DNA of 64,000 nucleotides, from contig CAXXNF010000001.1 in the NCBI GenBank assembly GCA_963666365.2, positions 608,001 through 672,000 on the forward strand. The letters run 5' to 3'. Of this stretch, positions 41,768 through 51,990 are shown in pieces. The notes under the pieces were generated by a model. It did no database searches, had not been told where the DNA came from, and saw only the letters and a list, made by a program, of their open reading frames with translations. Origin of the DNA: Syntrophales bacterium (GTDB lineage: Bacteria; Desulfobacterota; Syntrophia; Syntrophales; UBA2210). Every line of letters starts with the position of its first letter. Within the stretch, counting starts at the first letter, position 1. A program made the position numbers and the translations under genes.

Positions 41768-43072
41768 TTACTTTGACGATTCGATGTATTCGACGACTTT
41801 TTCTGCGACGATGTTCATAGTCTCTTCAAAACGTCCTACATCCTTTTCGAGCAGCGTCAGCCTGAATCCGGGAAGCGCCGTAAAGAAGGATGTAAGTGGC
41901 ACCAGACATATCCCCGTGGCGCCCAGGAGATAGTAGACAAATCTTTTATCGTTCTCGATCTTGCCGGCTACAATCTTTTCCACGTATTCTCGAATCGCCG
42001 GTTCTTCGATATGGAGTGTCTGCCGCCCGTTCAGCACGGCTTCGTTGAATACAATAGTCATGTAAAAGGCGCCGTTGGTCCTGTTCACGACAATGTAGGG
42101 CACATCCTTGAGGATGCTGAAGGCAATATTGGACAGCTTTTCGTAGTGACGATTGCGACTCTCCAGATATTTCTGATACTCCGGATGTGCCATAATCCTC
42201 GGGATGGCAAGCTGCGGCAGCGTGGTGGAACAGACTTCCGACATCTTCTGGGTCAGTATGGCCGAGATATAGCGGGCGAATGTGTCATCCTTATCGGCGT
42301 TGTAAACCTCTATCCAGCCGCACCGTGCCCCGGGCCATGGAAATTCCTTCGATATCCCTTTCATGCTCATTCCCGGCACATCCTCAATGATATCGGAAAG
42401 GGGAAGCGTTTCCTGACCGTTGTAGATGATGTTACGGTATGTCTCGTCGAAGATGAGAAAGAGGTCGTATTCTTTGGCAATACCGACCACTTTCCTCAAT
42501 GTTTTTTCAGGATAGACGAAACCTGTTGGATTGTCTGGATTGATCACCAGGGCGCCTACGATCGTATTGTGGCTCTTTACCTTCCGCTCCAGCTCGGCGA
42601 TATCGGGGTGCCAGTTATGATAAGGATTCATCCGATAAGTATTGGGCGGAAAGGATGCATGGTGTATCTCCGCCAGAAGGTGCGTGGAATAGGTCGGCTC
42701 AGGCATGATGATGCGGGCATCGATTCTGATTGCACTGTAGGATCGTGCAATGGCGTCTCCCAGCCCGTTGAAAAAAATAATATCATCCATGTTGAGGGTA
42801 TAACACCCCCGCTTGGTCACCTGATCGGCAATAAATTCGCGTGTTTCATTCACACCCTTTGTGGGCGAATAGGCATAGGAGATATCATCACCCAGAATAT
42901 CCATCAGGGTATCCTTCATCCACTGGGGGATCTGTTCTCCCTTTGCGATGGGATCGCCGATGTTTTCCCAGAGGATATTCTTGCCGTATTCTCTCAATTT
43001 GTCGGCAACACCCACGATATTTCTAATTTCATACGTAAGGCCGGTGCCGCTCTTTGCAATGTCAAACCTCAT
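41768..43072 (-). CDS. PLP-dependent class I/II aminotransferase (AlaA/aspartate aminotransferase-like)
   Basis: YEIRNIV, NIGDP, INPDNPTG, DETY, GISKEFPWPGARCG. Confidence 0.88.
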   Translation of the reverse strand: MRFDIAKSGTGLTYEIRNIVGVADKLREYGKNILWENIGDPIAKGEQIPQWMKDTLMDILGDDISYAYSPTKGVNETREFIADQVTKRGCYTLNMDDIIFFNGLGDAIARSYSAIRIDARIIMPEPTYSTHLLAEIHHASFPPNTYRMNPYHNWHPDIAELERKVKSHNTIVGALVINPDNPTGFVYPEKTLRKVVGIAKEYDLFLIFDETYRNIIYNGQETLPLSDIIEDVPGMSMKGISKEFPWPGARCGWIEVYNADKDDTFARYISAILTQKMSEVCSTTLPQLAIPRIMAHPEYQKYLESRNRHYEKLSNIAFSILKDVPYIVVNRTNGAFYMTIVFNEAVLNGRQTLHIEEPAIREYVEKIVAGKIENDKRFVYYLLGATGICLVPLTSFFTALPGFRLTLLEKDVGRFEETMNIVAEKVVEYIESSK

Positions 43073-43108
43073 ATATACCCCTCACATCAAAGTCATAGTA
43101 AATGTTTG

Positions 43109-43137
43109 ATTATGTATTGCAATTTTGTCAATGTCAA
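43109..43137 (-). promoter_or_regulatory. Putative sigma70 promoter of the aminotransferase
   Basis: Minus strand TTGACA-17 nt-CATAAT. Confidence 0.6.
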
Positions 43138-43150
43138 AAGAAATTTTGAC

Positions 43151-43172
43151 GATTTCTCAAAAAGTCGATTAT
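43151..43172. repeat. 22-bp element, exact reverse complement of 794-815
   Basis: GATTTCTCAAAAAGTCGATTAT. Confidence 0.85.
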
Positions 43173-43218
43173 GAAGCGTCATTGAATACGACCACCTCCG
43201 AAGCTGTCTCACGGGTAA

Positions 43219-43872
43219 TCAGGCAAAGGCGATAATATAACGGTACATCATCCAGAAATGAGAAAAGGACCCCATCATGACAAATATATGAAATATTTCA
43301 TGAAACCCGATGCAGGGCGGCCAGGGATCCGGCTTCTTGAGGGCATAAATCACGGCGCCCGCCGTATAAAACAGACCGCCGGCCACAAGCCACACCAGGG
43401 CGCCGGGCTGAAGAGTCTGTATCAGCGGCCATATGCCCACAAGGGCCATCCACCCCATACCGATGTAAATCGATGTCGAGAGCCAGCGCGGCGCCTTCAT
43501 CCAGAAAAGCTTGGTAAAAATCCCGGCTACGGCCAGTCCCCAAATCGTCCCGAAAATGCTCCACCCCCAGGGTCCCCGAAGCGGCGCCAGACACACCGGC
43601 GTATAGGTGGCTGCAATGAGCACAAATATCATCATGTGGTCGATTTTCCGTAATATGAGGGTGTCCTTCTCTGACAGAGGAAGCCAGTGATAGAGGGTGC
43701 TCGCCGTATAGAGAAGTATCATTCCGGCGCCGAATATGGAAAAGGAAACAATATGCCAGGGCGTACCGACAAAAGAAGCCTTGCATACCAGAAGCACCAG
43801 ACCGGCGACGGCAAGACATGCACCGATGCAATGGGTCAAACCGCTTATAGGATCTTTCACTTTAATCTTCAC
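43219..43872 (-). CDS. Hemolysin III / PAQR-family membrane protein
   Basis: SGLTH, ASTLYH, IDHMMIFVLIAATYTP, HEIFHIFV; GTG start after GGAGAGG. Confidence 0.9.
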   Translation of the reverse strand: MKIKVKDPISGLTHCIGACLAVAGLVLLVCKASFVGTPWHIVSFSIFGAGMILLYTASTLYHWLPLSEKDTLILRKIDHMMIFVLIAATYTPVCLAPLRGPWGWSIFGTIWGLAVAGIFTKLFWMKAPRWLSTSIYIGMGWMALVGIWPLIQTLQPGALVWLVAGGLFYTAGAVIYALKKPDPWPPCIGFHEIFHIFVMMGSFSHFWMMYRYIIAFA

Positions 43873-44378
43873 TGCTGCAGCCTCTCCGAATTGTGTGACT
43901 GTCTTCTGTGTATCCGAAGCCGAATCAAAATGCAAGGGACCTCTCAAAAGGGTCGCCTCACACAAAAATCATCATGACCACCGGTCACGAAAAAAAACAC
44001 GTCATAACAGCCTATTATAATACTAAAATCCCCCTGGTCAATGAGACAATTTTCACTTTTTGTTTGACCCGCCTTTCACAATATAGTAGATAAAAGCGTT
44101 TTTGGATCTGATATTCGAGGTGTGTAAACACCCCGTTCTTTCATACTGTGTTCTCCCCTTTCACAGCCGCGCGGAGGGGGATCATGCCATGTGAGAATCA
44201 TTGTGAACCGCCGGGAGAAGGGCGATTCGCATCAACAGGATCTTGATTATCAGCATTACCGCACAACCCCTTTCCTGAAGCGAGAATCGAGTGGGGAAAA
44301 GGCTTTTACAGACACCATACAGTCATGTGCGGCATACATAAGGATTATTCGGGTTCCTGATGTGGAGGAAAGAGTGTT

Positions 44379-44588
44379 ATGGCCAAGAAAAACTACAAGG
44401 TTACCGTGAATCGCAAAGCCTGCAAGGCCTGCGGTATTTGTGTCGCCTTTTGTCCGGTGTCAGTATTTACGACGGATCACGACGACAAGGCCGTCCCAAG
44501 CAACGTGGAAAAATGCACCGGATGCAGACAGTGCGAGCTTCTGTGTCCCGACTATTGTGTAGAAGTCGAGGAGGTTGCCAATGGCTGA
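44379..44588 (+). CDS. 2-oxoacid:ferredoxin oxidoreductase delta subunit (2x[4Fe-4S])
   Basis: CKACGICVAFCP and CTGCRQCELLCP. Confidence 0.9.
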   Translation: MAKKNYKVTVNRKACKACGICVAFCPVSVFTTDHDDKAVPSNVEKCTGCRQCELLCPDYCVEVEEVANG

Positions 44589-45708
44589 AGTTCAATTGCT
44601 ACAAGGAAACGAGGCCTGCGTGTTTGGTGCCCTGGCAGCGGGGGTGCGCTTTTTTGCAGGATATCCCATTACCCCATCCACTGAAATTGCAAATATTTTC
44701 GCCCGCGAACTCCCCAAAATAGGGGGAAAATTTATGCAGATGGAAGACGAAATCGCGAGTATGGGGGCAATCATCGGGGCATCCTGCACGGGGACGAAAG
44801 CGATTACCGCGACAAGCGGACCGGGCTTCACCCTGAAGCAGGAAAATATCGGATTTGCCGCCGAGGCGGAAATACCCTGCGTCATTATAAATGTAATGCG
44901 TTATGGTCCGAGCACGGGGCTTCCCACCTGCCCGTCTCAGGGCGATTTTATGCAGGCACGATGGGGAACCCACGGCGATCATCCCATTATTGTGATCGCC
45001 CCCTACACCGCACGGGAGGCCTACAGGGAATCGGGAAGAGCAGTAAATCTCGCCGAAAAATATCGTGTGCCCGTTATTATCCTGATGGACGAAATACTGG
45101 GACATTTACGGGAACGGGTCGAATTTAAGGATGAAGACATCGTCCGAGTGGTGGATCGTAAAGGGCCAACGGGGGATGCCCCCTATTTCCCTTACGAGGA
45201 GACCGACGACGGGGTGCCGCCTTTTGCCAATTTCGGCTCAGGACACCGCTACCACATCACCGGCCTTATTCACGACAGAACGGGATTTCCCACCAATGAC
45301 CCGGAAACGGTCGACAGGATCATGCGACGAATGAACGGAAAAATCGACAAGCATATCGACGATATCACCCGTACGTCCATGGTTGAAATGGATGATGCAG
45401 AAATTGTGATCATCGCATTCGGCAGCGTAGCCAGATCCGCGGCGGAAGTAGTGAGAAACATGCGCCGTGCAGGCAGGAAAATCGGGTTGATCCGTCCCGT
45501 GACCCTCTGGCCGTTTCCCGATCGTGAAATCAGAGAAGCCACCGCCGGCAAAAAGGCCGTAATCGTAGCGGAAATGAACCTTGGGCAAATGGTTCGCGAG
45601 GTGGAGAGGACCATTGCCGGACAGACACCCGTGTACCCCCTGAACAGGATAGACGGACAGATGATCACGCCACACGATATAAGTGGCCGTATCGAGGAGA
45701 TAGAGTAA
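44581..45708 (+). CDS. korA: 2-oxoacid:ferredoxin oxidoreductase alpha subunit (2-oxoglutarate type likely)
   Basis: QGNEA, GYPITPSTE, QMEDEIAS, TATSGPG, R.GPSTG. Confidence 0.9.
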   Translation: MAEVQLLQGNEACVFGALAAGVRFFAGYPITPSTEIANIFARELPKIGGKFMQMEDEIASMGAIIGASCTGTKAITATSGPGFTLKQENIGFAAEAEIPCVIINVMRYGPSTGLPTCPSQGDFMQARWGTHGDHPIIVIAPYTAREAYRESGRAVNLAEKYRVPVIILMDEILGHLRERVEFKDEDIVRVVDRKGPTGDAPYFPYEETDDGVPPFANFGSGHRYHITGLIHDRTGFPTNDPETVDRIMRRMNGKIDKHIDDITRTSMVEMDDAEIVIIAFGSVARSAAEVVRNMRRAGRKIGLIRPVTLWPFPDREIREATAGKKAVIVAEMNLGQMVREVERTIAGQTPVYPLNRIDGQMITPHDISGRIEEIE

Positions 45709-45710
45709 TC

Positions 45711-46541
45711 ATGGATGCCATCCACAAAAAATACCTGCGCATGGATAAGCTTCCCCACATCTGGTGTCCCGGTTGCGGGAACGGCACGATTATGGGTGCC
45801 TTTATCCGTGCAATCGACACGCTCGGCTACGAACAGGATGATGTAGTGGCGGTGTCGGGCATCGGTTGTTCCGGCCGTATTACCGGTTATCTAAATTTTA
45901 ATACGCTCCATACAACCCATGGAAGGGCACTGGCCTTTGCAACGGGCGTTAAAATGGCAAATCCGCGGCTCAAGGTGTTTGTATTCATGGGCGACGGCGA
46001 TGCGACCGCTATCGGCGGCAATCATTTGATCCACTCATGTCGAAGGAACATCGACATTACGGCGATCATATTCAATAATCATATCTACGGAATGACGGGC
46101 GGTCAGTATTCCCCCACGACATTCAGAAATAAGTATGCCACCACCGCCCCCTACGGCACCACGGACCCTGATTTCGATATCTGCAATCTCTGCATCGGGG
46201 CCGGCGCTTCCTATGTGGCCAGAGGGACGAGTTATCACGCAAAGATGCTCACGGATCTGATCGTTGCAGGCGCACGCCATGAGGGATTTTCGGTCATAGA
46301 AATCATCACGCACTGTCCCGTAAATTTTGGAAGGCGCAATGACTTTGATACCCCGGTCGACATGCTCCGCTGGCAGAAGGATCATGCCGTCAGGGCCTCC
46401 AGGGCTGAAAAGATGCCTCTGGAAGACATGGAAGGTAAATTTGTCATCGGCGAGCTCATGAAAACCGACAAGCCCGAATACGTGGCAGAATATGACCGTT
46501 TGATAGATGAGGTCCGGAAAGGAGTAACAGGCCGTGGGTAA
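45711..46541 (+). CDS. korB: 2-oxoacid:ferredoxin oxidoreductase beta subunit (TPP-binding)
   Basis: WCPGCG, SGIGCS, HGRA, GDGD...NN, YGMTGGQ. Confidence 0.92.
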   Translation: MDAIHKKYLRMDKLPHIWCPGCGNGTIMGAFIRAIDTLGYEQDDVVAVSGIGCSGRITGYLNFNTLHTTHGRALAFATGVKMANPRLKVFVFMGDGDATAIGGNHLIHSCRRNIDITAIIFNNHIYGMTGGQYSPTTFRNKYATTAPYGTTDPDFDICNLCIGAGASYVARGTSYHAKMLTDLIVAGARHEGFSVIEIITHCPVNFGRRNDFDTPVDMLRWQKDHAVRASRAEKMPLEDMEGKFVIGELMKTDKPEYVAEYDRLIDEVRKGVTGRG

Positions 46542-47076
46542 GCGATGGGAAGTACGATTGATCGGAACGGGCGGCCAGGGAATTGTAACAGTAAGCATCA
46601 TTCTTGCCAACGCAGCCCTCAATGAAGGAAATAACGTAGTGCAATCGCAGAACTATGGACCGGAAGTGCGGGGAGGCCATAGTACTGCCTACGTGATTGC
46701 GTCGGACAACAGCATACTTTACCCCAAAATTGATTCACCTAATGTGATGCTCGTCATGTCCAATACAGACTACGAAAAATATTTGCCGGATATATCCGAT
46801 GACGGGATGCTTATCATGAACGGCGATGCCGGCGAGAGGGACCTCCCTGACAATGTCTATTTCGTGCCGATCACCGACATTGCCCATGACAAGGTGAAAC
46901 GGCCCATTACCGCTAATATTGTTTCACTGGGCGTGCTTGTGGGCATCACCGGCATGGTGTCGGAAAAGACGGCTCTGGAGGCAATGAAAAATGCGGTTCC
47001 CGCAAAGGCGGTTGTCATCAATGAAAAGGCTTTCATGCTCGGCGTTGAGGCGGGGAAAGCAGCCCTGATACGATAA
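46534..47076 (+). CDS. 2-oxoacid:ferredoxin oxidoreductase gamma subunit
   Basis: GTGGQG, YGPEVRGG, ANIVSLG, N.KAF. Confidence 0.9.
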   Translation: MGKRWEVRLIGTGGQGIVTVSIILANAALNEGNNVVQSQNYGPEVRGGHSTAYVIASDNSILYPKIDSPNVMLVMSNTDYEKYLPDISDDGMLIMNGDAGERDLPDNVYFVPITDIAHDKVKRPITANIVSLGVLVGITGMVSEKTALEAMKNAVPAKAVVINEKAFMLGVEAGKAALIR

Positions 47077-47143
47077 GATATGGAGCAGGCAGGTTCCCGA
47101 AACACCTGTTTATTTCAGGCTTTACTGAGAGCAGGCATCGAGA

Positions 47144-48211
47144 GTGTACACGCTTCACTACCATATGCATAGGCATCGACTTTCCACATTTTTTGCCGTG
47201 GCACTACTCCTGCTCCCTGTCTGCACCGCCTGCACAGGATCAACGGATGCCGGTCTTTTTGTTGAAGACCAGCCGGCCCTTCTTACGCCGGAGGAACATC
47301 ATCGTTTAGTCCGAACGGGAGAAGCAATCCTCCGCGACCTCGATATTCATATTAAAACGGTTATCCTTAAAGAACAGGCGGACAACATAGAGCGAAGGGC
47401 CACGGAAATATTCGGCGCCGAAGCCCTTGGAAGCAAAACCGCCGGATCACGAGGCGTACTTTTTCTTATCGATCCCATGGGCAGGCAGGTCCGCCTGGAA
47501 ATAGGCTATGACCTTGAACCCCTGTTCCCCGATGGGTTCATAGGGTACATCGAGCGGCGCCAAATGCTTCCTTTTTTCCAAAGCGGCAAGGTCGGTCCGG
47601 GCATTGAAGCAACAATGGAACTGATCGTGGGAAAGGCACTCGGCAGGATTGACGAAAGCCGATACCGCATCGATCCGATACCGGAGCCGCACCAGCAGGG
47701 GCATTATTCGGGCGGTGCAGGAGCACGTATCGCCGTGGAAATTGATTCGCACGTTCCTCTCAGGGAGAAGACGGATCGACAAGAGGAATTCGGCCCTCAG
47801 GAATCGCCGTTGCGCACACTGGAACTGTATCGGAGCGTGTTGGCGCATCACATAAAAGATCCCTGCCTGAAACTCTACACTCCCGAAACACGGCAGTTTC
47901 TTGCCTCATGGACAGTAACGGACGCACAGCAGGACAATGAACTGCGCACACTGGAGTCGGTCAGCGGTCAAGAAACGGTAGTGTACGAAAAGGACCGAGC
48001 AGTGATCAGATTCCCATTGGACAATCGAAAGGCGCCCCCCTACTTCTTTCGAAGAAAAGACTCCCGGTGGATGCTCGATCTTGCAGGCATGAACGGAATC
48101 ATAGGGTTTAACCACCTGAATCAGTGGCACTTTCTAAAAACCGACCATCCGTGGCGTTTTTCCTTTTCCGATGTCCGCATCGATAAAAACGGATTCCCCC
48201 ATGCCCGATAA
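47144..48211 (+). CDS. TPM-domain exported protein (possible lipoprotein)
   Basis: Signal-like N-terminus (LLLPVCTAC); EDQPALLT, RGVLFLI, VRLEIGYDLE, C-terminal of the domain SGGAGA; start uncertain (47144 or 47165). Confidence 0.7.
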   Translation: MYTLHYHMHRHRLSTFFAVALLLLPVCTACTGSTDAGLFVEDQPALLTPEEHHRLVRTGEAILRDLDIHIKTVILKEQADNIERRATEIFGAEALGSKTAGSRGVLFLIDPMGRQVRLEIGYDLEPLFPDGFIGYIERRQMLPFFQSGKVGPGIEATMELIVGKALGRIDESRYRIDPIPEPHQQGHYSGGAGARIAVEIDSHVPLREKTDRQEEFGPQESPLRTLELYRSVLAHHIKDPCLKLYTPETRQFLASWTVTDAQQDNELRTLESVSGQETVVYEKDRAVIRFPLDNRKAPPYFFRRKDSRWMLDLAGMNGIIGFNHLNQWHFLKTDHPWRFSFSDVRIDKNGFPHAR

Positions 48212-50461
48212 ATGGAGGTATTATACGTGACCGACAAAAAGCAACGGGCAATGTCCGCCATCATGTCCGCATTTCCCACGATCGAATCATTTACCGAGTT
48301 TTGCTCACATATCGATAATTCATCTATCGTTGATTCCTTCATAGGCTTTGCCGCAAGGAATAGGGTCATCGATTCCGCCGAGCAGGAAAGTCTGGAACAG
48401 TGGGTTCTTCACAACACAGTCTCAAATATCTGTCCCGCCTCTCCCCAAAAGATCACCTTCGAGGAACTACTCAATAAAAAGGGGGAAACGCTTCGACTGA
48501 ATCTTTCCCTGCGTGCATTGTGCACCCGCATCAATACGGTTCTTGATTCTCAACACATCGCCCTGCCTCGCGTCACCAATTCCATGCTGATCAGGTTAAA
48601 AAAGGAACCTCTGGATACGGCCCATAAACAAAATGTGCTGCGGAGTTTTGCATTCTGGATGGGATTTGAGCGACCGGACATCGCCGCAACGTGGCATTTT
48701 GAATCACTGGCAAATTTATTTCGTGGAGGCCGCCCGGCGCGTAATTACACAGAGGGTGTACGCATCGGGTTTGCGCTTTCCAGCAGGGGAGATGTCATAG
48801 ACCATGAAGTCGTCGGATGGCTGAAAAAAGCGATCAAAGAGTATATCGGGCAATCCATCACCAGGTTTCTTTACGGGAAATGGGGCAAGGTCAAGGCACA
48901 CGACATAATGACCTTGTACGTTGATTTTCCAAAAGAAGAGAAAGGAGGCAATCTCGTCTATTATAGGAATTGCATGCAAAGCGCGGTCATGCTGGCCCAT
49001 CAGATTTCACTTCGCTGGGCACTCTCCAGGTTTGCCACAAAAAACAGATTTCTCTCTATCGCCATAGTGGCGGGAGAATATGCGAACCTCGATAATTACC
49101 TCCTGCAGCTTCTTTCGACGCGCCTCCCCGGCGACCCGGTCATCAGGCTTTCCGACTATGCCCGCCAATGTCTTCTGATTAATGACATCCGTGCGATTCT
49201 TTGCCCGAATCCTGCGGAGACCACGTTATTCAACGGCGAATCACTCCCCGTCTGGTGGATTACGGGTCTATGGACAACACTGTATTTTGAATTTATTTCA
49301 GAGCTGCTCGATGACGAAGCATTGCAAAACACCCCCTCATCGATTGAAACACTAGACCGTCTGCTCTGGCCTATCAGTGAAGGCGGCGAAGCACCGTCGG
49401 GCATACTGTCCGAAGACCATGCCATCGCCACATTCTTTAAGTCTCCCCATAATTCTATGCTGGGCGTGGAAATTGCGAAGACGCTGTACTATCGGAAGAG
49501 ATGCGCCGAGGCCGCTGAAATTCTGCGAATTGTGCTGTCCATTAACCCTATGGATCTTGTCGCACGGACACTGCGTATGATCCTGTTTCGCAATATGGCG
49601 CTTGATACACCGTCGTACCGGACGGCGGCGGCGATTTTCCGTCAAGCCGAACAGGAGGCCGACAACATTCAGAAACACTGTGACTGTCATTCCGAGGATT
49701 TTTATTGTGAATACGGTATTTTGTGCCTGGCGGAAGCCTTGTCCATCGTCAGGCACCTGCGCGCATCTTCCGAAATTGTTTCGCCTATGAACGAAATGGA
49801 AAAACTGAAGCAAGGGGTCTACGCCGCATTGGAACGCTCGAAATATTTTTTTGAAAAAGGGATATCCCTCTCTCCTTCGGCCACCCGGTCTTCCTACTTG
49901 CTAAAAAGCGCCGCCATTTTGAAAGCGATCTTCGAAAATGATGAGGAACTCTTCATCAACCCGGTAAAACCGTTGACCGCGGAAGCGCATGTCGGCCAGA
50001 AAGAATCCATGGACGTCCAGTGGCAGGTCGGATATCGCCGCAGCGACTTACCAATCCATAAGCAGGATGAGCTGGCAGAAACAACGATGATTCACAACGC
50101 CACCACTCACGGCGAATCGATTGTCCTGTTGGGATATCAACCCGCGGCCCATTTCTGCTATGCCGTCGCATTGTGGGATTTCCTCTCTCCTCATACGGTT
50201 TCAAGGGCACGGATTGTAAGAGATAAAATACAATGCGCGCTGGAAACGGCCCAACAGGCACAGGAAAAAAATGTGTACATCTATTCATTTACCCGCATCT
50301 ATGGCGAGATGATTCCTCCCGGGGAATTCATTGAACACATGCAACGGGCAATGCAAATGATCAGCGAAGAAGTGGGAGGCGACCTGGAGGGACGACAGGA
50401 TAATGAAATCATCACGAGCGGAAAACGCCGGCCGCCAAAACTGTTTACACTGAATTTTTAA
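48212..50461 (+). CDS. Hypothetical protein with a possible degenerate class III nucleotidyl-cyclase fold and a TPR-like helical region
   Basis: 749-aa ORF; central pattern resembles the cyclase core; helical repeats (EIAKTLY...AAEILRIVLSINP). Confidence 0.6.
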   Translation: MEVLYVTDKKQRAMSAIMSAFPTIESFTEFCSHIDNSSIVDSFIGFAARNRVIDSAEQESLEQWVLHNTVSNICPASPQKITFEELLNKKGETLRLNLSLRALCTRINTVLDSQHIALPRVTNSMLIRLKKEPLDTAHKQNVLRSFAFWMGFERPDIAATWHFESLANLFRGGRPARNYTEGVRIGFALSSRGDVIDHEVVGWLKKAIKEYIGQSITRFLYGKWGKVKAHDIMTLYVDFPKEEKGGNLVYYRNCMQSAVMLAHQISLRWALSRFATKNRFLSIAIVAGEYANLDNYLLQLLSTRLPGDPVIRLSDYARQCLLINDIRAILCPNPAETTLFNGESLPVWWITGLWTTLYFEFISELLDDEALQNTPSSIETLDRLLWPISEGGEAPSGILSEDHAIATFFKSPHNSMLGVEIAKTLYYRKRCAEAAEILRIVLSINPMDLVARTLRMILFRNMALDTPSYRTAAAIFRQAEQEADNIQKHCDCHSEDFYCEYGILCLAEALSIVRHLRASSEIVSPMNEMEKLKQGVYAALERSKYFFEKGISLSPSATRSSYLLKSAAILKAIFENDEELFINPVKPLTAEAHVGQKESMDVQWQVGYRRSDLPIHKQDELAETTMIHNATTHGESIVLLGYQPAAHFCYAVALWDFLSPHTVSRARIVRDKIQCALETAQQAQEKNVYIYSFTRIYGEMIPPGEFIEHMQRAMQMISEEVGGDLEGRQDNEIITSGKRRPPKLFTLNF

Positions 50462-50507
50462 ACGGTTTTTTAACTCACCACCCCTTTGAGAAGCAGTGCA
50501 ACATAAC

Positions 50508-50539
50508 GGGCGGGAGACCTGCCCTTCGCCCCCCCGCCC
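50508..50539. terminator. Hairpin between convergent genes
   Basis: GGGCGGG/CCCGCCC stem. Confidence 0.45.
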
Positions 50540-50600
50540 TGCTATCTTTTCTCTTTGCCGTCATTTATGCACTTGCGGCGACGGCTCAGCATCTCTTTTC

Positions 50601-51950
50601 TCACTTCGCACATCTGTCCAGGTCCTCCGGCACAGGAGGCGTACAGTACTGCGCAGGAACTATAAACACTTTGTCGTACCCGGCAACCCCTTCGTACCAC
50701 TCATTCGGATAGACAAGTTCCGCCACCGCCATGTCTCTCACGACCTGGTGATCGCAGGCTCTCATCTTCACTACGCCGTTAATCGCTTTGTATTCATCAC
50801 CTTCCCAGGTAGCAATAATTTTCTCTGCATCGAGGCTTCCGGCCCTTTCAATAACATCCATAAGCCAATAGTACATCGCCGTGGTTGCACCGGGAGGTCC
50901 CTGGGGATATTTCCACAGCACATTCGTATAGTCTCCGCCCCATTTCGGCCACTGATCGGCCCATGCCTTGGCCAATGCCTTCATTTCCGGCGTGTCAATG
51001 GCGAGACAATGATCGGAGCACACAACTGTTCCAGCACCCGCCTCTCCCTTGAGGTGACCCTGGATCGGCGGGTTGTCCGTTTCATACCCTGCGATCGGCT
51101 GAGTGATGCCCAGTTCGCGCGCCTGTTTCATCAGATTCGTGATATCGGCGCCCCAATTACTGGAAATAAGAACCTCCGCGCCACTCCCCTGAATTTTCGT
51201 AAGATAGGGAGCAAAATCTTTCAGGAACAGCGGGTGATATTCCTCACCCACAATTTCCGCATCAGGCTTATACTTTTTCAAGCTATTCTTTACCGCATCG
51301 GCCCAGGCATGGCCAAAGGCATAGTCCTGACAAAGAAAATAGAATTTCTTCTCCGGCCTTTTTGAGTAGAAATAGCCGAGTGCACCCAGCATGGTCGTGT
51401 TTTGTCTGACCCTGAAGGTGTAGCGATTAAAATTCGCCCCATTCATCAACTCGTCTGAATAACCGGCATAGCTCATGAAAATTGTTTTGTATTTCTTTGC
51501 CACATTCTGCACTATCAGCGTATGGTGGGTTCCGACAACTCCCGCCAGGATATCGACTTTGTCTTCCAGACAGAGCTTTTCCGCCACTTTTTTCGTGACA
51601 GCCGGCTTGAATTGGTCATCAGCTTTTATTATCTGAATCTTTTTCCTTTTCCCGTCAACGACGATGCCGCCCCGCTTGTTGATGTCATGCACAACCCAGG
51701 CCGAAACGAGATTGTAGCAGACGCCGGCTATCGCCCCGGGACCTGAAAACGCCTCAATCAATCCGATCTTGATCGTGTCCCCCGTGGAAACGACAGGGTT
51801 GTTCGGATTAAAGTCGGACATGTCCGACATTTTAGCGGCATCAAAGCCGGGCATAGCCACTGACTGCCCTGTCAAAAGGAACAGCAGGGCCGCTGCCATG
51901 CACAGGCAGCCTATTATGACATTCCCCTGGTACCTTCTACGTGTTCTCAT
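50601..51950 (-). CDS. ABC transporter substrate-binding protein, LivJ/K-like (paralog 1)
   Basis: Signal peptide, IKIG...FSGPGA, INKRGG, DYAFGH, DFAPY, MRACDHQ. Confidence 0.88.
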   Translation of the reverse strand: MRTRRRYQGNVIIGCLCMAAALLFLLTGQSVAMPGFDAAKMSDMSDFNPNNPVVSTGDTIKIGLIEAFSGPGAIAGVCYNLVSAWVVHDINKRGGIVVDGKRKKIQIIKADDQFKPAVTKKVAEKLCLEDKVDILAGVVGTHHTLIVQNVAKKYKTIFMSYAGYSDELMNGANFNRYTFRVRQNTTMLGALGYFYSKRPEKKFYFLCQDYAFGHAWADAVKNSLKKYKPDAEIVGEEYHPLFLKDFAPYLTKIQGSGAEVLISSNWGADITNLMKQARELGITQPIAGYETDNPPIQGHLKGEAGAGTVVCSDHCLAIDTPEMKALAKAWADQWPKWGGDYTNVLWKYPQGPPGATTAMYYWLMDVIERAGSLDAEKIIATWEGDEYKAINGVVKMRACDHQVVRDMAVAELVYPNEWYEGVAGYDKVFIVPAQYCTPPVPEDLDRCAK

Positions 51951-51990
51951 ACATGCCTCCTTTGCGGTCTTACACCTTTTTCGGTTCATA

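Noticed and set aside
42011..43174. 387-aa plus-strand ORF (and similar long antisense ORFs over amtB, carB, guaA and glpK)
   Set aside because: Antisense shadows of well-supported genes.
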